A program made the position numbers and the translations under genes. A stretch of 64,000 nt of DNA from Candidatus Alcyoniella australis (GTDB lineage: Bacteria > Lernaellota > Lernaellaia > JAVCCG01 > Alcyoniellaceae): assembly GCA_030765605.1 (NCBI GenBank), contig JAVCCG010000095.1, positions 7,489 to 71,488 on the forward strand, read 5' to 3'. The notes below the pieces were generated by a model. The model was given only the letters and a program-made list of their open reading frames with translations. It ran no database searches and was not told where the DNA came from. Shown in pieces: positions 31,466-41,381 of this stretch (its first letter is position 1; every line of letters begins with the position of its first letter).

Positions 31466-32320
31466 TTACTCTTCGTAAGAGTAGAAACCTTTACCGGTCT
31501 TTCGGCCGAGCAGTCCGCCGGCCACCATGTTCTTCAGCAGCGGGCAGGGACGATACTTGGGATCGCCGAATCCCTCGTGCAGGCGATGCAGCGCGTTGAG
31601 GCAAATGTCAAGGCCGATCAGGTCTGCCAGGGCCAGCGGTCCCATCGGGTGGTTCATGCCCAAACGCATGGCCGTGTCGATGTCCTCGGCCTTGGCCAGA
31701 CCCTCCCAAAAGCCGTAGATCGCCTCGTTGATCATCACCATGATGAAGCGCGTGCTGGCGAAGCCCGGGTAGTCCTTGACCAGGATCGGCTCCTTGCCCA
31801 GCTCGATGCCGAACTCGCGGGCCTGCTCGCAGGACTCAGCGGAGGTCAGCTCGCCGCGCACGATCTCGATCAGCTTCATCACCGGCACCGGGTTAAAAAA
31901 GTGCATGCCCAGCACCTTGTCCGGACGGTTGGTGAAGCCGCCGATGGCGGTGATCGACTGGCTGCTGGTGTTCGAGGCCAGGATCACCTCGGGCCGGCAG
32001 ATCTTGTCGAACTTGGCGAACAGCTCCTGCTTGAGTTTGAGCGATTCGGGCGCGGCCTCGATTACCAGGTCACAGTCCGCGGCGTCGGCCAGATTAATGG
32101 ACGCGCTGATGTTTTGACTGACGGCCTCGGCCTGATCTTTACGCATCCGGCCCTTGGACACGGCGCGATCGAGCAGCTTGTGGATGCGCGTTACGCCGCG
32201 TTGGACGAACAGTTCCTTGACGTCGTAGAGCACGACCTTGACGTCTTTGGCAGCGCACAGATAGGCGATGCCGTGCCCCATGGTCCCGGCACCGGCTACG
32301 AAAACTTTGTTGTACTTCAC
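31466..32320 (-). CDS. hbd: 3-hydroxybutyryl-CoA (3-hydroxyacyl-CoA) dehydrogenase
   Basis: [58 protein letters not shown]. Confidence 0.9.
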   Translation of the reverse strand: MKYNKVFVAGAGTMGHGIAYLCAAKDVKVVLYDVKELFVQRGVTRIHKLLDRAVSKGRMRKDQAEAVSQNISASINLADAADCDLVIEAAPESLKLKQELFAKFDKICRPEVILASNTSSQSITAIGGFTNRPDKVLGMHFFNPVPVMKLIEIVRGELTSAESCEQAREFGIELGKEPILVKDYPGFASTRFIMVMINEAIYGFWEGLAKAEDIDTAMRLGMNHPMGPLALADLIGLDICLNALHRLHEGFGDPKYRPCPLLKNMVAGGLLGRKTGKGFYSYEE

Positions 32321-32342
32321 GATCTCCCTCCCATGCTAAAGA

Positions 32343-33530
32343 TCAAACTGCAAATGGATCCTGCCCGGTGATATCGCGGGCGACGATCAGTTGGTGGATG
32401 TCGTACGTCCCCTCGTAGGTGTTGACCGACTCGAGGTTGAGCATGTGGCGGATCACCGGGTACTCGGTGGTGATGCCGTTGGCGCCGTGGATGTCGCGCG
32501 CCACGCGGGCGATCTCCAGCGCGCGTCCCACGCAGTTGGCCTTGGCCATGCTCACCTGCTGGTGGCGCAGCTTCTTGGCGTCCTTGAGCCGACCCAGCTG
32601 CATCACCATTAGCTGGCTTTTGGTGATCTCGGTGAGCATCCAGGCCAGCTTGTGCTGCACCAGCTGGTGCGCGGCGATCGGCTTGTGGAACTGCACGCGC
32701 TCCTTGGCGTAGTCCAGCGACGCTTGGTAGCAGGCCATGGCCGAGCCGGTGGCGCCCCAGGCGATGCCGTAGCGCGCTTGGTTCAGGCAGCTCAGCGGTC
32801 CGGCCAGTCCCTTGACCCCGGGCAGCAAGTTGGCTGCGGGTATCCGGCAGTCCTCAAAGATCAGCTCGCCGGTGATCGAAGCGCGCAGGCTGAACTTGTT
32901 GTGCGTCTCCAGCGTGCTGAAGCCCGGAGTGTCGGCCTCGACGATGAAGCCGCGGATCGCCTCATGCTCTTCGCCCGTAAGCTTGACCTTGGCCCAGACC
33001 ACGGCCAGGTCGGCGACCGTGGCGTTGGTGATCCACATTTTGGCGCCGTTGAGCACGAAGCAATCGCCCTCGACGCGCGCGCGGGTGATCATGCTGCCCG
33101 CGTCGGAGCCGTAGTCGGGCTCGGTCAGGCCGAAGGCGCCGATCAGCTCGCCGGTCGCCATTTTCGGCAAATACTTGCGGCGTTGCTCTTCGGTGCCGTA
33201 AGTGAAGATCGGCCACATGCACAGGCTGGTCTGCACCGAGCAAAAGCTGCGCACGCCCGAATCGCCGCGCTCGAGCTCCTGCATGATCAGTCCGTAGATT
33301 ACGTTGTTCACGCCCGCGCAGCCGTACTCCTCGGGCAAGTAGCAGCCCAAGTAGCCCAGATCGGCCATCTGCTTGGTGAGGTGCGCGGGGAAGGTGTGGT
33401 CGTTGAAGTGCTCGCTGATGATCGGCAGCACCTCGTTGTCCACAAAATGACGCGCTTGGTCGCGGGCCATGCGCTCGTCGTCGGTGAGCATGCTATCAAC
33501 GTCGAAATAATCAACCCCTGGGAAGCCCAT
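32343..33530 (-). CDS. gcdH: Acyl-CoA dehydrogenase, glutaryl-CoA dehydrogenase-like
   Basis: ELERGDSGVRSFCSVQ, FGLTEPDYGSD, KFSLRASITG, LNQARYGIAWG, NLESVNTYEGTYDIH are characteristic of the GCDH subfamily. Confidence 0.8.
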   Translation of the reverse strand: MGFPGVDYFDVDSMLTDDERMARDQARHFVDNEVLPIISEHFNDHTFPAHLTKQMADLGYLGCYLPEEYGCAGVNNVIYGLIMQELERGDSGVRSFCSVQTSLCMWPIFTYGTEEQRRKYLPKMATGELIGAFGLTEPDYGSDAGSMITRARVEGDCFVLNGAKMWITNATVADLAVVWAKVKLTGEEHEAIRGFIVEADTPGFSTLETHNKFSLRASITGELIFEDCRIPAANLLPGVKGLAGPLSCLNQARYGIAWGATGSAMACYQASLDYAKERVQFHKPIAAHQLVQHKLAWMLTEITKSQLMVMQLGRLKDAKKLRHQQVSMAKANCVGRALEIARVARDIHGANGITTEYPVIRHMLNLESVNTYEGTYDIHQLIVARDITGQDPFAV

Positions 33531-33599
33531 CCTTCACTCCTGTTGCGGTTGGTGCATCAGTGGCGGCGGTGATATCTCCTAACGCTGGATCTCTATTAA

Positions 33600-35096
33600 T
33601 CAGTCCTCGTCGAGTTGGGCGCGCTGCAGGCGGCCCGAGTAATCGACGTAGATCGTCTTCCATTCCGAATAGGTGCTAAGCACCTCGGTTCCCGATTCGC
33701 GGTGGCCGTTGCCCGTGTTCTTGAATCCACCGAACGGCATGTGGGTCTCGGCGCCGATGGTCGGACCGTTGATGTAGGTGATGCCGCATTCGATGTCGCG
33801 GATCGCTTCGTGGGCGCGGTTGACGTCCTGGGTGTAGATCGAGCTCGAGAGTCCGTAGTCGGTGTCGTTGAGCACGTCGATCGCCTCGTCGAAGCTGTCG
33901 ACCGGGATGATCAGCACCAGCGGGCCGAAGATCTCCTCGCGGGCGATGCGCATCGTGCGTTTGCCGTTGGCAAAGATCGTCGGTTCGAAAAACCAGCCCT
34001 TGGCAAAGTCGCCCGCGGTCATCCGCTTGCCGCCGAGGATCAGCTCGGCGTGGTCCTCGTCGCGGCCGATTGCCACGTACGACTCGACCTTGTTCAGCGC
34101 GGCCTCGTTGATCAGCGGACCGACGTTGGTCGACTCGGCGTTGCCCGGGCCGATGTTCACTCGCTTGGCGCCGTCGATCAGCCGCTGAGTGAACTCGTCG
34201 AGCACCTTACGGTGTACGATCAACCGGCTGGTCGCGGTGCAGCGCTGGCCGGCAGTGCCAAACGCGCCCCAGACCGCGCCCTCGACCGCCAGGTCGAGCT
34301 TGGCATCATCCATCACGATCTGCGCGTTTTTGCCGCCCATCTCCAGGCTCAGCCGTTTGAGATCGCGACCGGTGATCTGGGCCAGCTTGCTGCCGGTGGC
34401 GGTGGAGCCGGTGAAGCTGATCACGTTGACCTGTGGATGCTCGGCCAGGGCAGTCCCGGCCTTGCCGCCGGAGCCGCAGACCACGTTGAACAGCCCCTTG
34501 GGCAGCCCGGCCTCGGCGAAGATTTCGGCCATGCGCACGGCCGTGGCCGGAGCGTCGGACGCGGGTTTGATTACAACGGCGTCGCCGCAGATCAGCGCGG
34601 GGAAGGCTTTCCAGCAGGGGATTGCGCAGGGGAAGTTCCAGGGCGTGATCAGCCCGGCGACGCCCATCGGCATCCGCAGCGAGTAGGCCATCTTGCCCTT
34701 GAACTCGGCGGTCGAGGTCTGGCCGAACATTCGGCGTCCCTCGCCGGACATGTACATCGCGGTCTCGATCCCCTCCTGCACGTCGCCGCGCGCCTCGCCG
34801 ATCGGCTTGCCCATCTCGCGCGACATCAGCTGCGCCAGTTGCTCTTTGTGCTCCATCATCTTGTGGTAGATGTCGAGCAGCACTGCGCCGCGCTTGGGCG
34901 GCGGCACCAGGCGCCATTCTTTGTACGCCGCGCGCGCGGCTTGGCAGGCGCGGTCCACGTCCTCGGGCCCGCTGGCCGGAAACTCGCCCACTACGTCGTC
35001 AATGTTGGAGGGGTTGCGGTTGAGAAAAGTTTCGCCCGATGCGGCGTCGCACCACTGACCGTCAATGAAGTTGCGATACTTGTCGACCATCTTCAT
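33600..35096 (-). CDS. NAD-dependent aldehyde (semialdehyde) dehydrogenase
   Basis: ITPWNFP, FTGSTATG, LEMGGKN, GQRCTA (catalytic Cys), EEIFGP. Confidence 0.92.
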   Translation of the reverse strand: MKMVDKYRNFIDGQWCDAASGETFLNRNPSNIDDVVGEFPASGPEDVDRACQAARAAYKEWRLVPPPKRGAVLLDIYHKMMEHKEQLAQLMSREMGKPIGEARGDVQEGIETAMYMSGEGRRMFGQTSTAEFKGKMAYSLRMPMGVAGLITPWNFPCAIPCWKAFPALICGDAVVIKPASDAPATAVRMAEIFAEAGLPKGLFNVVCGSGGKAGTALAEHPQVNVISFTGSTATGSKLAQITGRDLKRLSLEMGGKNAQIVMDDAKLDLAVEGAVWGAFGTAGQRCTATSRLIVHRKVLDEFTQRLIDGAKRVNIGPGNAESTNVGPLINEAALNKVESYVAIGRDEDHAELILGGKRMTAGDFAKGWFFEPTIFANGKRTMRIAREEIFGPLVLIIPVDSFDEAIDVLNDTDYGLSSSIYTQDVNRAHEAIRDIECGITYINGPTIGAETHMPFGGFKNTGNGHRESGTEVLSTYSEWKTIYVDYSGRLQRAQLDED

Positions 35097-36433
35097 TTCC
35101 TCCCGCGGTTGCTTGGCAGGTTAAGCGTCTGTTCGAAGATCTCCAGGGCCTTATCGATCTCGTCGGGGGTGACGACCAGGCCCGGCACGAAACGTACTAC
35201 GTTATCGCCGCAAGGCAGCAGCAGCAGCCCGCGTTTGAAGCAATCCTGGATCAGCTTGTCGCGCAGTTGCGGATCGGGCTGCTCCTCAAGATCGACGATC
35301 TCCGCGCCGACCATCAGGCCCAAGCCGCGCACGTCGCTGATCCGCGGGCTGTCCGCGGCCAGCGAGTTTAGCCCCTTGGTCAGCCGCTCGCCCTGCACGC
35401 GGGCGTTTTCGATCAGCCCGCCGCGCAGCAGCGCAATGGTTTCCAGGGCCGCGGCGCAGCTCAGCGGGTTGCCGCCGAAGGTGCTGGCGTGGGCCCCGGG
35501 GCCCCAGTCCATCACGCTCTCCGGCGCGACGATCGCCGAGATCGGCAGGCCCGAGGCCAGTCCCTTGGCGCAGACCAGGATGTCGGGCTTAACCTTCGAG
35601 TGCTCCACCGCAAACATCTTGCCAGTGCGTCCCATGCCGGTCTGGATCTCGTCGGCCACGAGCATGATGCCGTGTCGGTCGCAGATCTCGCGCAGGCGTT
35701 TGAGATAGCCCGGCGGCGGCACGATGTATCCGCCTTCGCCCTGGATCGGCTCGACGAAGATCGCCGCCACCTCGTCGGCCGGGGCGATGGTGTTGAAGAT
35801 TGTCTGCTCGATGTAGTCCGCACAGTGCAGATCACATTCGGGATGGCGCATGTTGTACGGGCAACGATGGCAATAGGCGAAGGGCACGTGCACCACGCCG
35901 GGAACAAGGCTGCCGAAGCCCTGGCGCTGGGTCGACTTGCTGGCGGTTAGGCTCAGCGCGCCCATGGTGCGGCCGTGGAACGCGCCGAGAAACGCGATCA
36001 CCCGCTGGCGACCGGTGTGGTGGCGCGCCAGCTTGAACGCGGCCTCGACACCCTCTGCGCCGGAGTTGCCGAAGTAGACCGTCTTGCGCCCTTTGATCGG
36101 AGCTATGCTGCTTAGTTCGCGGGCCAGCTCGATCTGCGGCACGTAGTAGAAGTCGGTGCCCGACATGTGCAGCAGTTTGCCCGCCTGTTCGCGGATCGCC
36201 GCCACCACCCGCGGGTGGCAGTGTCCGCTGGCCGTGACCGCGATTCCCGAGGTGAAGTCGAGGAACTGGTTGCCGTCCACGTCGACTACCTTGTTGCCCA
36301 CGCCGTGGTCCGCAACCAGCGGATAGGTGCGAGTGTACGAGCGGCTGATGTAGCGCCGATCAAGGTTGAGCAGGCGCTTGGCCTCGGGGCCGGGAAGACG
36401 AGTTTTAAGCTTGGGGTAGGTCAGGCTTTTCAT
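35093..36433 (-). CDS. Class III PLP aminotransferase (4-aminobutyrate/ornithine/omega-amino acid type)
   Basis: NSGAEGVE, AFHGRT, EPIQGEGG, DEIQTGMGRTG, AKGLASG, STFGGNP. Confidence 0.9.
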   Translation of the reverse strand: MKSLTYPKLKTRLPGPEAKRLLNLDRRYISRSYTRTYPLVADHGVGNKVVDVDGNQFLDFTSGIAVTASGHCHPRVVAAIREQAGKLLHMSGTDFYYVPQIELARELSSIAPIKGRKTVYFGNSGAEGVEAAFKLARHHTGRQRVIAFLGAFHGRTMGALSLTASKSTQRQGFGSLVPGVVHVPFAYCHRCPYNMRHPECDLHCADYIEQTIFNTIAPADEVAAIFVEPIQGEGGYIVPPPGYLKRLREICDRHGIMLVADEIQTGMGRTGKMFAVEHSKVKPDILVCAKGLASGLPISAIVAPESVMDWGPGAHASTFGGNPLSCAAALETIALLRGGLIENARVQGERLTKGLNSLAADSPRISDVRGLGLMVGAEIVDLEEQPDPQLRDKLIQDCFKRGLLLLPCGDNVVRFVPGLVVTPDEIDKALEIFEQTLNLPSNRGRK

Positions 36434-36628
36434 GGTTGTCTGCCTCGAAGTGTGTGGCTGGGTTGCGGGTTTGGGGTATCACCGTACAACACACTGCAAA
36501 TACCCTGTGGCGCGGCAAGTCTATCGCCACCCCTGGCACAGTTCAACCCCGGTAATTGGGCCCTTGAGAGCCTCGACGCACTTCGTCATAATCGGCGTTC
36601 GCCTGCTCGACACCAATGGAGGGTGCTG

Positions 36629-38005
36629 ATGAATTACGACTACGACGTGCTGGTGATCGGCGCCGGTCCCGGCGGCTGTATTGCGGCGCGCGAGATGGCT
36701 GCGGCCGGATTGCGGGTCTGCCTGTGCGATCGCAGCACGCGCGAGGATCTGGGCAACCCGATCGTGATCGAACTCGAGAAGTCGATCTGGGATCCACTGA
36801 TGGGCGGAGCGCCATTGGATCAGGAGATCCCATACAACGCAAAACAAGTAAACATCTTCTCGCCGCGCGGGAACCTCGGCATCGCAGTCAAGGACGAGGG
36901 GCTGATCTACGCGGTCTATTTACACAAGATCGTCAGGCGTATGGCCGAGCAGGCCCAGGCCGCGGGCGCACAGTTTTTACCGCAGCACAGCGCCACGCAG
37001 GCGCTGGTCGAGGACGGTTACGTGGTCGGCGCACGGTTCCGGGTCGGACGCGGCAGCGCGAAGATTCGCGCACGGCTGACGGTCGATGCCTCGGGTTATG
37101 ACGCGGCCCTGGTGCGCAAACTCGATCCGCAACTGGGCATCGAGCTGCCCGAACATCGGCTGGACAATGTGGCGGCCGAGAACCACATCTGCAACATCGA
37201 CCGCGAGGCTGCGCAGGAAGCGGTCAACAAGGGGTTGGCAGGCGACGAGCAGGTCTGGACCAAGCTGGCCTTTGCCGGCAACTACTCCACGGAGTTCGCC
37301 TTCCTCTCGCTGCGGCAGGAGCTGGGCTACATCCTGGTCGGGCTCAACGCGGCCTACGATCAGCCGACCCCCGCCGAGCTGATTAAAGCCTACGCCGCGC
37401 GCGTGGGATTTCTGGGTAAACGCCTGATCGGCGGCAAGGGACTGATTCGCGTGCGCCGCGCCATTCCGCGGCTGGTGACCGACGGCCTGGCCGTGATCGG
37501 CGAGGCGGCCTGCCAGGTGATCCCGACTTTGGGCAGCGGCGCTGCGGGTTCGATGCTCGCGGCGAAGTACCTGAGCCAGGCGGCGGTTGCGGCGCTGAAC
37601 TACGGCAGGCCGAGCACTGCTGCGCTGTGGCCTTACGCCTGGCGCTATATGAGCGGTCGCGGCAGCGTGTTGGCCAGCTACGACATCACCCGCCTGCTGC
37701 TCGAACGCTTTTCAACCGAGCAGATGACGGCCTTTATCGAGGACGGACTGCTGCAACCCGAGGATCAGGCCACGTCGGTCACCGTGCAGCCGATGATCCC
37801 CAGCCTGTCGAGCATGCCGGCGCGAGCGCGCGGACTGTACAAACACCCGGATCTGCTGCCGCTGTTCGCGGGCCAGGGCCTGGCCATGCGCCGGGCGCGC
37901 AAGCTCTACGCGGCCTATCCGCGAGTCTGGGATCCGGAACTGTTCCAGCGCTGGCGTAAGGCCGAGCGCGAGCTGTTCAAACCAGCAGAGGCGTTCGGCT
38001 CCTGA
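36629..38005 (+). CDS. FAD-dependent oxidoreductase (geranylgeranyl reductase-like)
   Basis: DVLVIGAGPGG Rossmann motif, VDASG, IGEAACQV.P..GSG; ATG 36629 after GGAGG. Confidence 0.75.
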   Translation: MNYDYDVLVIGAGPGGCIAAREMAAAGLRVCLCDRSTREDLGNPIVIELEKSIWDPLMGGAPLDQEIPYNAKQVNIFSPRGNLGIAVKDEGLIYAVYLHKIVRRMAEQAQAAGAQFLPQHSATQALVEDGYVVGARFRVGRGSAKIRARLTVDASGYDAALVRKLDPQLGIELPEHRLDNVAAENHICNIDREAAQEAVNKGLAGDEQVWTKLAFAGNYSTEFAFLSLRQELGYILVGLNAAYDQPTPAELIKAYAARVGFLGKRLIGGKGLIRVRRAIPRLVTDGLAVIGEAACQVIPTLGSGAAGSMLAAKYLSQAAVAALNYGRPSTAALWPYAWRYMSGRGSVLASYDITRLLLERFSTEQMTAFIEDGLLQPEDQATSVTVQPMIPSLSSMPARARGLYKHPDLLPLFAGQGLAMRRARKLYAAYPRVWDPELFQRWRKAERELFKPAEAFGS

Positions 38006-38026
38006 ATGTAAGCTGATCCAAGACGA

Positions 38027-38692
38027 TCAGGCGTCGCGCTTCTGCCGGATCCGAGTCTCGATCCAATCGATCCAGCGTTCGAGCCCCTCGCCGGTGCGCG
38101 CGGAGATGCGCAGCACCTCGACATTGGGATTGGTGGCGCGCACGTTGCGCTCCATCAGGTCCAGGTCAGCGCCCAGGGCGTCGGCCGCGTCGATCTTGTT
38201 GAGCAGCACCAGCGACGCGCACTGGAACAGCAGCGGGTACTTCAGCGGTTTATCTTCACCCTCGGCCGCCGAGAGTAGGGCGATCTTGTGATCCTCGCCC
38301 AGGTCCTCATCGGCCGGACAGACCAGGTTGCCCACGTTCTCGATCACCAGCAGCTCCAGGCCATCGAGGTTCAGCGCCTCGATGGCGCGCTTGGCCGTGG
38401 GCTGCGGGATGTGGCAGGCGGTGACCCCGGCGCAGATCATTTCGACCTCGATGCCGAGCTTCTCCAGCCGGTCGGCGTCGTTGCGCGTGGCGCAGTCGGC
38501 CTCGACCACGGCCAGCTTGTAGCGTTGCGCCAAGCGGGGAAGGGTCTGTTCGAGCAGCGTGGTCTTGCCCGAGCCCGGCGAGCTGATCAGGTTTAGCGCC
38601 AGGATTTTACGGCGCAACAAATCCTGCCGCACCTGCTGGGCAATGCGCTGCTCAGGGCTGCGCGGGTCCTTGTTGATTTGAATCTCGGTCAT
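38027..38692 (-). CDS. hypB: Hydrogenase nickel-insertion GTPase HypB
   Basis: SSPGSGKTTL, ACH, ENVGNLVCPA, EGEDKPLKYP, NKID; ATG 38692 overlaps the hypA stop. Confidence 0.92.
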   Translation of the reverse strand: MTEIQINKDPRSPEQRIAQQVRQDLLRRKILALNLISSPGSGKTTLLEQTLPRLAQRYKLAVVEADCATRNDADRLEKLGIEVEMICAGVTACHIPQPTAKRAIEALNLDGLELLVIENVGNLVCPADEDLGEDHKIALLSAAEGEDKPLKYPLLFQCASLVLLNKIDAADALGADLDLMERNVRATNPNVEVLRISARTGEGLERWIDWIETRIRQKRDA

Positions 38693-39033
38693 TGATCCAC
38701 CTCGATTGAAGTCACCAGCAGTTCCTTGCCCTGGATCAGCTCCATCTGCGATCCGCACTCGGGGCAGAACAGTATCGGCAGGTCCAGCTGGTGCTGTTTA
38801 TCGCACGTCGGGCAATGGGCGATCATCGGCTGCAGCTCGATCACCAGTTCGGCCTCGGCCAGTGGCGTCCCCGGCCGCTCCATCTCAAAGAACATCTGCA
38901 TCGCGTCGGGCACCAGGCCCTGGCACACGCCGATGGTGACGTTGACCTTGCGCACCACAGACTCGATCCGTTCGCGCTCGAGTGTCTCGAGCACCGTGTC
39001 CATGATCCCGCGGGTGATGCCCGGCTCGTGCAT
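38689..39033 (-). CDS. hypA: Hydrogenase nickel chaperone HypA
   Basis: N-terminal MHE, two CxxC motifs, GKEL.V.SIEV. Confidence 0.93.
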   Translation of the reverse strand: MHEPGITRGIMDTVLETLERERIESVVRKVNVTIGVCQGLVPDAMQMFFEMERPGTPLAEAELVIELQPMIAHCPTCDKQHQLDLPILFCPECGSQMELIQGKELLVTSIEVDQ

Positions 39034-40046
39034 CAGCAGATCCTGGGCAGCCCGGCCTCGAGGGGCATTTCGATTACGCGGCGGGTGCCGATGGCGGTTT
39101 GGAGCACCACGCGTCCGCGGCGCTTGGCCGGTTCCACGTGGCCGATTTGGGTCGCGTTCTCGCCGTAGGGCGCGCTACGCACCGCGTCGAGCACGTCTCC
39201 TGCGGCCGATGGATCGACGAAAAGCAGGCACTTGCCCTCGTTGGCCAACGGCAGCGGATCCAGGCCCAGCACTTCGAGGAACGCGGCCACGTCATCGCGG
39301 ATCGGCAGGTTCTGCTCCTGGATCACGTATTGCAATCCGGTATCGGTGGCAAACTCGTTGAGCGTGGCGGCCAGTCCGCCGCGGGTCGGGTCGCGCAAGG
39401 CGTGCAACTTATCGGCAGCAGCCTCATGCGCCGCCTGCACGATGGGCCACAGCGGCGCGCAGTCGCTTTTAAGCTCACCGCGGAATCCCATCTGTTCGCG
39501 CTCGTTGAGGATCGCCGCGCCGTGGTCGCCGATGGTGCCCGAAATCAAAATCGCGTCGCCCTCACGCACCTGCGCCGGGCCCAAGGGACCGGTCAGTCGC
39601 GGGCCGATCCCGGTGGTGTTGATGAACAGTTTGTCCAGCGCGCCGCGCTCCAAGACCTTGGTGTCGCCAGTGACCACCTCGACCCCCTGGCCGCGGCAGG
39701 TGTCGCCGATGGAGGCCATCACCCGCCGCAGGTCGTCAAGCGGCAACCCCTCCTCGATCAGCAGGCTCAGCGAGAGGTAGCGCGGACGCGCGCCGATCAT
39801 CGCCACGTCGTTGAGCGTGCCGCAGACCGCCAGCTTGCCGATGTCGCCGCCGGGGAAAAAGATCGGACTGATGGTGAACGAGTCGGTGGAAAAGGCCAGC
39901 GGAGTTTCGATGTCTTCAATCAGTGCCGCGTCGAGGGTGATCGCATGCCCCTCGCGCCCTGAGAGCGCGGGCAGGATCAACTCGTCGAGCAGCTCCTGGG
40001 TCAGCCGTCCGCCGAAACCGTGTGCCAGTCGAATGTTGTCAGTCAT
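39033..40046 (-). CDS. hypE: Carbamoyl dehydratase HypE
   Basis: LAHGFGG, FPGGDIGKLAVCGT.ND, RDPTRGG, ANEGK, C-terminal PRIC. Confidence 0.95.
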   Translation of the reverse strand: MTDNIRLAHGFGGRLTQELLDELILPALSGREGHAITLDAALIEDIETPLAFSTDSFTISPIFFPGGDIGKLAVCGTLNDVAMIGARPRYLSLSLLIEEGLPLDDLRRVMASIGDTCRGQGVEVVTGDTKVLERGALDKLFINTTGIGPRLTGPLGPAQVREGDAILISGTIGDHGAAILNEREQMGFRGELKSDCAPLWPIVQAAHEAAADKLHALRDPTRGGLAATLNEFATDTGLQYVIQEQNLPIRDDVAAFLEVLGLDPLPLANEGKCLLFVDPSAAGDVLDAVRSAPYGENATQIGHVEPAKRRGRVVLQTAIGTRRVIEMPLEAGLPRIC

Positions 40047-41133
40047 CGTCGTTCTCCGGGAATAGATAGGCCGCGCGGCAGGTCCCCTCGTTGCCAACCA
40101 TGCACGGACCCTGCGGGTGCTCGGGCGTGCAGCGGGAGCCGAACAGTCCGCACTGGTCCGGTTGCAATCGTCCGACCACGACCTTGTGGCATTGGCAGCC
40201 GGGCAGAATGTCGTCGGCAGGAACCTCGCTCAATCCGAGCCGCATCAAAGCGTCGTGGGCTGCGAATCGCTCCTTGAGTTTGAATCCTGTGCCGGGCAGT
40301 ACGCCGATGCCGCGCCAGGACGCATCCTCGATGTCGAATACCTCGGCCAGAACGGCCTGGGCGCGCTCGTTGCCCGCGGCGCGCACGGCCCGCGGGTAGC
40401 AGTTAGCCACGTGCGGCTCGCCGGTACGCAACTGGCGCAAGATGGAGAGCAGTCCGCTGAGCACATCCACCGGCTCGAACCCGGTCACAGCGCTTGCCGC
40501 GTTGCATTGTTCGGGCAAAAACTCGTAGGCGCGGGTGCCGGTGATCACCGCCGCGTGTCCGGGAAGCAGGTAGCCGCTGATAAAACCGTCGTCGTCTTGG
40601 GCCAGGGTGCGTACTGCGGGCGGCACGTAGCGATGACAGCAGTAGAGCAGCAGATTGTCGGGAAGTTCGCCGAGCAGCAGCCCGGCCACGGGCGCGGCCG
40701 TGGTCTCGAATCCCACGCTGAAGAAGATCACCGTGCGCTCCGGATTTTCGCGCGCCAAGCGCACTGCGTCGCGTGGACCGTAGACAATGCGCACGTCGGC
40801 CCCTGCGGCGCGTTGCGACCACAGGGAGCCGGACTCGATCGGCACGCGTACGATGTCGCCGTAGGTGCACAGCATCGGCCGCTGATCGAGTTGCGCCAGG
40901 CTGATTGCCGTGGCAATCGCCGAGGCGGGCGTGATGCACACCGGGCAGCCCGGCCCGGCGATCACCTCCAGGTTGGAGGGCAGCAGCGAGCGCAGGGCAA
41001 AGCGTCTGATCTCGTGTTCGTGAGTGCCGCAGACGTGCATGATCCGCACGTGCCCAAGCAAAGCAGCCTCGTCCGCCAGCGCGTCGGTCAGACGCTGCAC
41101 CAGCTCGCGCGAGCGCATTGCCGAGTCAGTCAT
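40039..41133 (-). CDS. hypD: Hydrogenase maturation scaffold HypD
   Basis: MHVCGTH, GPGCPVC, GFETT, PGH, C-terminal Cys cluster with GPCMV..EG.C. Confidence 0.95.
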   Translation of the reverse strand: MTDSAMRSRELVQRLTDALADEAALLGHVRIMHVCGTHEHEIRRFALRSLLPSNLEVIAGPGCPVCITPASAIATAISLAQLDQRPMLCTYGDIVRVPIESGSLWSQRAAGADVRIVYGPRDAVRLARENPERTVIFFSVGFETTAAPVAGLLLGELPDNLLLYCCHRYVPPAVRTLAQDDDGFISGYLLPGHAAVITGTRAYEFLPEQCNAASAVTGFEPVDVLSGLLSILRQLRTGEPHVANCYPRAVRAAGNERAQAVLAEVFDIEDASWRGIGVLPGTGFKLKERFAAHDALMRLGLSEVPADDILPGCQCHKVVVGRLQPDQCGLFGSRCTPEHPQGPCMVGNEGTCRAAYLFPENDDD

Positions 41134-41377
41134 TGTGCTCCGGCTCGATCATCCCGGGCACCTGGGCGTACTCGCGATAGATCTCGATGGTCTTGCGCGC
41201 CTCGTCCTCGTCCATGCGCTCGATGGCCATGCCTGCATGCACCAATAGATAGTCGCCGGGCTGTGCGTCGGGCACCAGATCGAGTCCGACCTCGATGGTC
41301 GTGCTGCCGCTGCTCACGGTTCCGACGTTGAGTGCCTTATCTACATCGATCAACCGTAGCGGAACTGCCAGACACAT
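41126..41377 (-). CDS. hypC: HypC/HupF chaperone
   Basis: MCLAVP N-terminus, GDYLLVHAGMAI. Confidence 0.96.
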   Translation of the reverse strand: MCLAVPLRLIDVDKALNVGTVSSGSTTIEVGLDLVPDAQPGDYLLVHAGMAIERMDEDEARKTIEIYREYAQVPGMIEPEHND

Positions 41378-41381
41378 TTGC

